From contig CAZUMS010000007.1 of the NCBI GenBank assembly GCA_964621525.1, positions 2,015 to 66,014 on the forward strand: a stretch of 64,000 bases of DNA. Reading direction: 5' to 3'. Positions 42,401 to 48,809 of the stretch are shown here, piece by piece (positions within the stretch are counted from its first letter, which is position 1; each line of letters begins with the position of its first letter). A program made the translations under genes and the position numbers. Under the pieces are notes generated by a model. It saw only the letters and a list, made by a program, of their open reading frames with translations. It had not been told where the DNA came from and did not search any database. Source of the DNA: an uncultured bacterium (lineage in GTDB: Bacteria; JAGRBM01; JAHCIT01).

Positions 42401-43492
42401 GATGATGCGGATGTCGATGCGGAACTCGTCGGCCCGGCTCTGGCTGAGACCCACCCAGCCGTCAAGACCGCCGCCCGCGGGCGTTTCCGTCGGCAGGTTC
42501 GACAGTTCGGGGATATTCACCGGATTCGGCAGGAGGGCGTTCAGACGGGAAACAACACCCCAGTCCACACGGACCGGCGCGCCGACGTCCTCGAACACCG
42601 TCACCTCTTCATCGTCGAAAATCGCTCCGTTCCCCGAGAGTGCCGCCCGGACGGTAAGGGTTCCCCCGTCGGGATAGAGAGTCGTCGTGGTAAATGTGAC
42701 GCTTGCCGTGCCGTCAGCATCCAGCGTGACCGGAGTGGACGGAGTGAAGATGCCGAGCGGATCGGTCGAGGTGAAAATCAGCTGATAGGCTGCCGCCGGA
42801 GTCCCGGTAATCACATCGCCGTCCTGATTACGGAGCTGCGCCTTCACGGTTGTAGATCCGCCCGTCACGGTCAGCAGAAAGTCGTTGGCTTCGAAAATCT
42901 CGACCTCAGTGGGAATCGTCGGGTCGGGCTCGAAGACCACGTTGTTGATGTTCTGGATCAGCGTGGTGAGGTTCGGATTCCCCGAATCGATGTGCGATAC
43001 AGATACGCTGTAGTTACCGCTTTCAGTGGCGCGCACATAGAACGTCAGCGCCGCGCCGTCCGGAACTGCCGAGACCGTCACGGACTGGTAATGAACCGAG
43101 TCTGCCGCCGAATCGAGATGAATCCGGGCGCCCTCGGGCGCCGTCACGACCAGCCCGACCGGGGCCAGCGTCCCGGCCGCCTCGCCGGTGGCAGTGATCG
43201 ATGCCTGGATACGGTACTGCTCGACACCGTTGGCGATGCAGACCGTCGCGCCCGTCCCGGTGCAGCCAATTGCCGTCCGGGTTACGGACATGGAATATTC
43301 GACGTCGGTGGGAACCTCGACCGTGCGTGTTCCGCCACCACCACCGCCGCCGCCGCTACTGCCGCCGCCGCCACAACCCGCGCCGACGAGAACAACCGTC
43401 ATGAGCAGAACCCCCCAGCGCCAGCCGGAGAAAAACCGCTCTACAGAATTCCATTCAGTCATTGTTTTCCGAAAATACATCGCACTCTCCAC
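39494..43492 (-). CDS. Large (1332 aa) predicted surface lipoprotein of unknown function, Gly-linker then Cys-rich and Thr/Ser-rich regions
   Basis: Lipobox LVGAGC followed by GGGGSSGGGGGGGG linker; 4-kb uninterrupted ORF; ends 24 nt before the 2289-aa gene (same strand), suggesting an operon. Confidence 0.8.
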   Translation of the reverse strand: MESAMYFRKTMTEWNSVERFFSGWRWGVLLMTVVLVGAGCGGGGSSGGGGGGGGTRTVEVPTDVEYSMSVTRTAIGCTGTGATVCIANGVEQYRIQASITATGEAAGTLAPVGLVVTAPEGARIHLDSAADSVHYQSVTVSAVPDGAALTFYVRATESGNYSVSVSHIDSGNPNLTTLIQNINNVVFEPDPTIPTEVEIFEANDFLLTVTGGSTTVKAQLRNQDGDVITGTPAAAYQLIFTSTDPLGIFTPSTPVTLDADGTASVTFTTTTLYPDGGTLTVRAALSGNGAIFDDEEVTVFEDVGAPVRVDWGVVSRLNALLPNPVNIPELSNLPTETPAGGGLDGWVGLSQSRADEFRIDIRIISADEDAQNAPCNAYAPGVGNVVCLREGTQIQVSCENALDPNDSSIVLNASDCGFSSTANGAKTPSILVSCGDSGTADSCVNSVFLRVTRNSVKVRSGAGFTKIFPQLKFSTAGPVVATPPATRRYGSQAALAPVDAGGWGTRNFIGKSVAGEENRLRLRPDPALPFIVKWVDPTAASTPLGGCTVTPGVNTAGLKIAQCPEKPILYAPQCFAEGGAFNSSACSTEVNTRCGDFGIFRGTPADICSNRIGEGITNIPRIPLRLQLLPSTCRSVNDLGAYDDCFQLKEDATFQDTQVAVSMTYTGQQTQPPYVVRGSGAYHNSSVQTAGQDNLSITNEVAAGWMPLDLDDNETGFAFLMPPLVATSPANPYRINMSVTPVSASTVGLPSDSQSVVVNPSCLSPVAVTCTRKVPAFASPAACLQNSSSRTIEANNNRASGSFPNGGDCMYYECSVRTFGQLYFGQAVDGQIMCPGGGNPEITYQVPNDAGYTLRFIDKGRSSGTVDDPAGSADGVETDADGDSGESNGVELQFGKGSVVTSGMNPIFNSTGSPPSLATTNFSIANVTEPIVDGIAAVYVRARSSSRAASQTGAMIVRLQETTSGSPQLDPVTLVQSEVTFNLAPDGELPGRVTIEFVNPEVLNSGVPTSDPIYTRHAATNAAFATEYGITSAGANTDYRNLGFFSRVAVVKVQKLNGGNINTGSTSPIDFSLSGATGSLYRHNGGNPSANPLFACQTTLVSGPVATDLVGSTFQGRACVVSDGNPALAPSSSATTTVTASLNGCPVAKQPLCQTSGSVNVKSVRREVNYQFPMTRTSGSSQVDFAGFTLVFEFNDGHLIYSATDPASPTGQDFLAPLGVLLDNLIVQSGSDRVRILQSTGSNAYIFPAGSPGSREVIRTRFTIKERCSEGPCDTLATRLPYDPGIGEITQVVPGAANSSIQRYVTAADIQDAPLKFDPPTAVHSNKNYGQP

Positions 43493-43588
43493 GGGAAACT
43501 GTCCTGCCCTGTGCCATCACCGGCAGCCATGCGTTCCGAATGGCTCCAGACAGCCAATCCCCTGATTTCGGGACCGGTCTGCCGCCCA

Positions 43589-43607
43589 CGCCCGGCGCGG
43601 CCGGGCG
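43589..43607. other. Perfect GC hairpin cgcccggc-gcg-gccgggcg followed by TCTTT in the 400-bp divergent intergenic region
   Basis: Seen in sequence; about 100 bp upstream of the lipoprotein start, no plus-strand gene upstream. Confidence 0.25.
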
Positions 43608-43891
43608 TCTTTAGCGCTGACAGAGTTCCGTCAATAAGAGCATTATGGCGCTCCGGGTTCAAGCAAGGAACTGGCTTACGAATGATTACATCCAGAATCC
43701 GCAAGGAATTAAAGGATCTAGATCACGGAATTCACAGCGCGGCGCGTCAGCGGATCGTAACGCTTCGTTGCGGTCCGGTACGGGATTTTTCATAATGCCG
43801 GAACGGTGAGTGCTTCATTCCGCCTCGCGCGGAGGCAGGTCCCGGATAACCGGCGATTTGCCCTTTCCACCTCGGAGAAAACCGGAACCCC

Positions 43892-46800
43892 GTGTCAGAA
43901 GAATCCAAAAGCGATCCTGGCAGTGGCCAGCTTCTACAGCTTCTGGCCGAACGGGAAGAACTGCTCGCCCGGCTGGCGCGTGAGACAGCCCGCGAACGGG
44001 CCGAATCGCTTGAGTTCGTCAACCGGTTCCGCGACACGATCGCCGAAAAGGACCGGGCTCTGGAAAAACTGGCTGCCGGGGCCTCGGCCTCGGACGCGCA
44101 ACTCCGGTCGGCGCAGGAAAGCATCAGGGAACTGACCGGCAGGCTCGATACTGCTGAAACCCGCCTCCTGGAAGAACAGCAGAAATCGGATGGCATCCGG
44201 GCATCCTTCGATTCCGAACTGAAGAACCGGGACTCGGAGATTCTGCGGCTCAGCCGTGAACTCGCCGGCGAAGCCGCCGCGAGGCAGCAGATCGAGAAGG
44301 AGTTCTCTGCTGCCCGCGACGACTGGCGCTCCAGTGAACAGCGCCTGCATCAGGAAACCGTCAATGCCCAGAGCGAACTGCGGCTTTTGCGAGAGCGCAG
44401 CGCCGCACTCACGGCTGAACGGGACGGCTTCGCCGCCCGGCTCGAAGCCGGTCAGGAACGGACCGGAGCTCTCGGCCGTGAACTCGATGAACTCCGGGAG
44501 AAGGCCCGCAGCCTCGAAAACTCGCTTGCCGGTTCCCATGCCGCCGCCGAAACGGAACGCACCCGGCTGAACGGGCAGATCGACACGCTGCACCGTGAGC
44601 GGGAGACACTCGGACAAAATGTCCAGCGGCTGGAACGCGAGACGGCACGGCTCGAGGCTCTGCTCCGTGAGGCTCACGAACGCCTTGCCGAACGCGAGCG
44701 GGGGCTCGCACAGCTTGCCCGCTCGGCAGCAGCCGAGCGTATGGAAGCGACAAGGCGGCTCGACGCCGCAGCCGCTTCGGCCCTCGAATCCGCACAGCGG
44801 ATCACCTCGCTAGAGAGCCGCCTCGAAGCGGCAGTCCAGGAGGCGAGAGTCCAGATGGCGCGGGCCGAGCGGACGGCCCTCGACCTCAAATCCGAACAGG
44901 AGGCCCGTGCCTCCGATGCAGCCCGGTTCCACGAAGAACTGAGAACGCTGGACCGCCAGATCGCCGATCTCCGCGAACACCGGGCCCGTGAACAGGAACG
45001 GCTCGTTTCGGCCGAAGCGCTCGCCGCACAGTTTCGCGAGGAGGCCGGGCGCGCCCGGAGCGAAGCCTCCCTCGAGGCCGCCCGTCAGCAGGAAACCTTG
45101 CTCGCCGAACAGGGCGAACATGCCCGCCGGATGGCCGCACTCGATTCACGTCTCGTGTCGCTGGAGGCGGAGCGCATGTCAGTCGCCTCGCGTGCAGCCG
45201 CCGCCGAAACGGAGGCCGAAGGGCTCCGCCGGCAGCTCGCCGGACTTCAGGACGTGTTCCAGCAGATCCGGAGCGACAGCGCAGCCGCGTCCGGCCAGAA
45301 CCAGCAGACGATCCAGCAGGCAATCCAGAACTGGGAAAGCGTCTCCGCCGCAGCGGGCGCCCAGAGCGGCAAGCTGGCTCAAACCGTTTCCGAGCTGGAA
45401 AGCCGCCTTTCGGAAATCGCACGCCGGCACGACGAACGGCGGGATGAGATCCTCAAGCTTGAGAACCTGCTCGCCGAACGGGAAAAAATCCTGGCCGATA
45501 TTGTCGGCGGGCAGAGCGAGGAGGTCCGCCGCTACGAAAGCCAGCTTGAGGAGGCCCGTTCGCGAATTCGCAGCCTCGAAGCGGCCGTCACAGCATCTGG
45601 CGGCAGTCTGCCGGCAGCGCTGGCGGCATCAGACAGCGCGGGCTCGATCCAGGATGAGCTCGCCCGCCTCCGGGCGGAAACGCACGGTCTCTCCAAATCG
45701 CTCGATGCCGCCGTCCGCAAGGCAATCGCCGAAAGCGGGCGTTCGCCGGAACTCGCCGGGCAACTGGCACGGATCGAAACGAAACTCTCGGCTTTGAACG
45801 CCGAGGACCGGGACCGGCGGTTCGCCGAACTTCTTCAGGCCGCACAGGCCGACGCCAGGCAGGTTCAGGAGCAGGTGCGAACGGAGCTGCGCAACCTGCT
45901 CCAGAAGATTTCCGGAAGCCCTCAGGGCCCGAAGGACCCGCTCCGCCTCGATCCGGCGGATCTGAAACGTATCCAGACGGATATCGATCAGCGCCTGACC
46001 CGCAGCGAACGGCAGGTAAACGATCTTGCCGCAGCTTTCGAGAACTTCATCCGGCAGCCGCAGACGACGCCGAATTCCGGCGCGCTGGCAAAAACCATCG
46101 AGGCGGTCCGGACGGAAACCCGTGCTTCGACGGAACTCCTCCGGCGCGAAATCGCGGCCATCGCCGCCCAGACGCCGGGGACGGCAGCGGCCAAAACCGC
46201 CGATCTCAAGCTCGCCACCCAGCTCGCCGCCCTCGAAAAGCGGTTACCGCTGCCGGGCACGCGGATGGCCGGAACGGACCGGGCGATAGCCGCCACCATC
46301 GCCGCCGCCGGGTTCCTGCTGATCGTCTTCGGTCTTGCGGGCGTCGCCTGGCGGCAGTGGAGGCTCGAAAACCGTCTTCTTACCTCTTATCAACCAGAAC
46401 TCTTCTCGGGCAGGTCCGCCGCTTCGGCGCTGGAAGCGCCGGAACTCGATACTCCCCTGCCCTACGAAACGGATGGAGATCAGGCAGAAATTTCGGGGCG
46501 GGCCTCACAGGCCCAGGGAGTCGTCATGCACATCGATGGCGTGTTTTTCGCAGCCGTCCCTGTGCGGGGAGGAAAATTCCTCGTGGACCGGATCCCGCTC
46601 GAACCCGGCAGCCACCGGGTCGAACTCTGGGCGTTTACGCCCGGGCAGGGGTTCTCGCCGCCCGTATCCGGAGATTTCGTCCGCAGGCAGTCGGCCGAAG
46701 CCGCACGGATTACCGAGCCGCCCCGGACAGTCCTGACCGGCCTGAACGTGGAACGCGGCCCCACCGACCGCCGCGAGATCGGCCTTACGTTCGATGGCGA

Positions 46801-47452
46801 CGGCGCGGCCGGTGCCGAAGTCGTCATGGACACCCTTAGGCAGAAGCGAATCCAGACGACAGTGTTCCTCACCGGTAAATTTATCGACGAGAACCCAGCG
46901 CTCGTACGCCGCATCGTCCAGGACGGCCATGAGGTCGGCAACCACACGGACACGCACCCGCACCTCACCACCTTCAATGAGAACAACCGCCACGACACCC
47001 GGCCTGAAGTGAACAAGGCGTGGTTTCAGGACGAACTGGTGCGGACATCGGCGAAATTCGAAGAGGTGACGGGGAAACCCATGTCGCACATCTGGCGGGC
47101 GCCCTACGGCGAGGTGAACGCCGAAATCCTCCGCTGGGCGCACGAACTGGGCTACCGGCACGTTGGCTGGACGCGGGACTATACGCGGAGCCTCACGCTC
47201 GACTCGCTGGACTGGGTCATCAACCACAGGGACAAGAACTACCAGCCCGGCGGAAAGATCGTGGACCGGCTTCTCAGCTTCGAGCGGAACTCCCGTGACG
47301 GCGTCAACGGGGGGATCGTGCTGATGCACCTCGGCACCCAGCGCCAGCTGGACGACTCCGTTGCCCTGCACCTGCCCCGGCTCATCGATGAATGGCGGGA
47401 CCGCGGCTACCGGTTCGTGAAAGTCTCGACGTGGCTTCCCGAAGAATCCTGA
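43892..47452 (+). CDS. 1186-aa fusion protein: N-terminal ~780-aa coiled coil, one TM helix, beta-sandwich-like linker domain, C-terminal NodB-type polysaccharide deacetylase (CE4)
   Basis: GTG start; Ala/Glu/Arg/Leu-rich heptad-like sequence for ~780 aa; TM AIAATIAAAGFLLIVFGLAGVAW (46283-46360); NodB motifs TFDGDG, HTDTH (H-S/T-x-x-H), RAPY (RxPY), LMH. Confidence 0.8.
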   Translation: MSEESKSDPGSGQLLQLLAEREELLARLARETARERAESLEFVNRFRDTIAEKDRALEKLAAGASASDAQLRSAQESIRELTGRLDTAETRLLEEQQKSDGIRASFDSELKNRDSEILRLSRELAGEAAARQQIEKEFSAARDDWRSSEQRLHQETVNAQSELRLLRERSAALTAERDGFAARLEAGQERTGALGRELDELREKARSLENSLAGSHAAAETERTRLNGQIDTLHRERETLGQNVQRLERETARLEALLREAHERLAERERGLAQLARSAAAERMEATRRLDAAAASALESAQRITSLESRLEAAVQEARVQMARAERTALDLKSEQEARASDAARFHEELRTLDRQIADLREHRAREQERLVSAEALAAQFREEAGRARSEASLEAARQQETLLAEQGEHARRMAALDSRLVSLEAERMSVASRAAAAETEAEGLRRQLAGLQDVFQQIRSDSAAASGQNQQTIQQAIQNWESVSAAAGAQSGKLAQTVSELESRLSEIARRHDERRDEILKLENLLAEREKILADIVGGQSEEVRRYESQLEEARSRIRSLEAAVTASGGSLPAALAASDSAGSIQDELARLRAETHGLSKSLDAAVRKAIAESGRSPELAGQLARIETKLSALNAEDRDRRFAELLQAAQADARQVQEQVRTELRNLLQKISGSPQGPKDPLRLDPADLKRIQTDIDQRLTRSERQVNDLAAAFENFIRQPQTTPNSGALAKTIEAVRTETRASTELLRREIAAIAAQTPGTAAAKTADLKLATQLAALEKRLPLPGTRMAGTDRAIAATIAAAGFLLIVFGLAGVAWRQWRLENRLLTSYQPELFSGRSAASALEAPELDTPLPYETDGDQAEISGRASQAQGVVMHIDGVFFAAVPVRGGKFLVDRIPLEPGSHRVELWAFTPGQGFSPPVSGDFVRRQSAEAARITEPPRTVLTGLNVERGPTDRREIGLTFDGDGAAGAEVVMDTLRQKRIQTTVFLTGKFIDENPALVRRIVQDGHEVGNHTDTHPHLTTFNENNRHDTRPEVNKAWFQDELVRTSAKFEEVTGKPMSHIWRAPYGEVNAEILRWAHELGYRHVGWTRDYTRSLTLDSLDWVINHRDKNYQPGGKIVDRLLSFERNSRDGVNGGIVLMHLGTQRQLDDSVALHLPRLIDEWRDRGYRFVKVSTWLPEES

Positions 47453-47481
47453 AGCGCCCGGCCTCCTCGTGGTTTGTCTAT

Positions 47482-47742
47482 ATGGTCCGCTGTTCGGACG
47501 GCACGCTCTACACAGGCGCCACCACCGACATCGGGAAGCGGCTTACGGCCCACAATACGGGCCGGGGCGCCCGGTACACCCGCAGCCGCCATCCCGTTAC
47601 CCTCGCCTACCTTGAAGAAGTCCAGGACCGGTCCAGCGCATTGCGACGCGAAGCAGCGATTAAACGTTTTGACAAGCCCGCCAAGGAAGACCTTGCAAGC
47701 AAATTTATCTCGAACCAACGAATCTTTCTGAAGCGTTTTTAA
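47482..47742 (+). CDS. GIY-YIG nuclease superfamily small protein (UPF0213/YhbQ-like)
   Basis: VYMVRCSDGTLYTGATTDIGKRLTAHN...GARYT matches the GIY-YIG core. Start placed at ATG 47482, after the upstream gene stop; the ORF-track start at 47392 overlaps the deacetylase gene and is rejected. Confidence 0.7.
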   Translation: MVRCSDGTLYTGATTDIGKRLTAHNTGRGARYTRSRHPVTLAYLEEVQDRSSALRREAAIKRFDKPAKEDLASKFISNQRIFLKRF

Positions 47743-47852
47743 GCAACCCCCGCGAAAAACAGCAAAATTCCGGCTCCCCGCCTTCGGCGCGGGCGGCGAA
47801 TCGTCTATACTCACCGCATTCCTCCGGAGGGAGAAAGAGGCGAAAGCCCGTC

Positions 47853-48278
47853 ATGGTTAACAGCTACCAGCTTCAGCAGAGCTACTCTCAGATGAAAGAA
47901 CTGGGCCGGTTCAGCATGCCCGAAGCCCGGCTTCAGGATGTGTTCCAGACCCTGTCCCGGATTGCACCGACCTGCATGATCGACCCGGCTATCGCCAAGG
48001 GATTCGTCAACTGGCTTACCCACAACGACGAAGTGCTGAGCCCTGCCGTCATCACCGAGCTTGCCCGTGCCGAACTGGCGTTGCGCGACCTCAAGACGCT
48101 GCCCGTTCAGGTACAGGAAGGCCTCACCCTGCCCGAGCAGCTCGACCTGACCGAAAAGGAACTGATCAAGCGCGCACTCGCACTGCACCGCCGCAAGGGC
48201 GACGCCGCCCAGGCGCTCGGCATTCCGCAGAGCACGCTGTCCACAAAGCTCCGCAAGTTCGGCCTGTCTGACGACTGA
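47853..48278 (+). CDS. Small Fis-family DNA-binding protein (stand-alone Fis-type HTH)
   Basis: C-terminus LTEKELIKRALALHRRKGDAAQALGIPQSTLSTKLRKFGL closely resembles the Fis/NtrC-type HTH; 141 aa. Confidence 0.7.
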   Translation: MVNSYQLQQSYSQMKELGRFSMPEARLQDVFQTLSRIAPTCMIDPAIAKGFVNWLTHNDEVLSPAVITELARAELALRDLKTLPVQVQEGLTLPEQLDLTEKELIKRALALHRRKGDAAQALGIPQSTLSTKLRKFGLSDD

Positions 48279-48353
48279 GCCGCAAGCAGAGCCCCGCCCG
48301 GCCGGGAATGCCGGAAGTGTCCGGAACTATTTTCTTCGGGGGAGGAAAACAGG

Positions 48354-48794
48354 ATGAACGGCAGCAACGGGATCCATGAGCGGCTCCGGGAACTCAGGGA
48401 GCTTCTCGGCCTTACGGCAGGCGAGTTCGCCCGCAAGGCGGGTGTGAAGGCACGGACGATCGCCCTCTGGGAAGAGGAAATGGAAAGGCCGGGAGCCGAC
48501 GACCTCGGACGGCTTCAGAAAGCCTTCAACGTGGACCTGAACTGGCTTCTCGCCGCCGACTACCGGCCCGGGTACGCCGGTCAGGTCACGGTACGCGGCG
48601 GACGGATCGAGGATCCGCTCCTGTTCCACAATGGCAGAGAACCCCGGGAAGCGGTCCGTGTCGTCAGCCAGTATCGCTCCATGAGCAGCGATGACCGGAG
48701 CTTCGTGCACAAGGTCTTCGAAAGTATCGCCGAGATGCCGCCGGTCCTTGAAGCACCCTCGGTAAATCCAGGCGCCATGAAACGCCGGAACTGA
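48354..48794 (+). CDS. XRE-family (Cro/C1-type HTH) transcriptional regulator
   Basis: LRELRELLGLTAGEFARKAGVKARTIALWE HTH_3 pattern; RBS GGAGG 9 nt upstream of ATG. Confidence 0.7.
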   Translation: MNGSNGIHERLRELRELLGLTAGEFARKAGVKARTIALWEEEMERPGADDLGRLQKAFNVDLNWLLAADYRPGYAGQVTVRGGRIEDPLLFHNGREPREAVRVVSQYRSMSSDDRSFVHKVFESIAEMPPVLEAPSVNPGAMKRRN

Positions 48795-48809
48795 AAACTG
48801 CCTGCCGGA

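Noticed and set aside
40442-43795. 322-aa, 783-aa plus-strand and 443-aa minus-strand ORFs overlapping the 1332-aa lipoprotein gene
   Set aside because: Antisense/alternate-frame artefacts. The lipoprotein frame is continuous with a lipobox start.
43934-47371. 247-aa and 288-aa minus-strand ORFs antisense to the coiled-coil deacetylase gene
   Set aside because: Antisense artefacts. The sense frame has clear NodB motifs and a continuous coiled coil.
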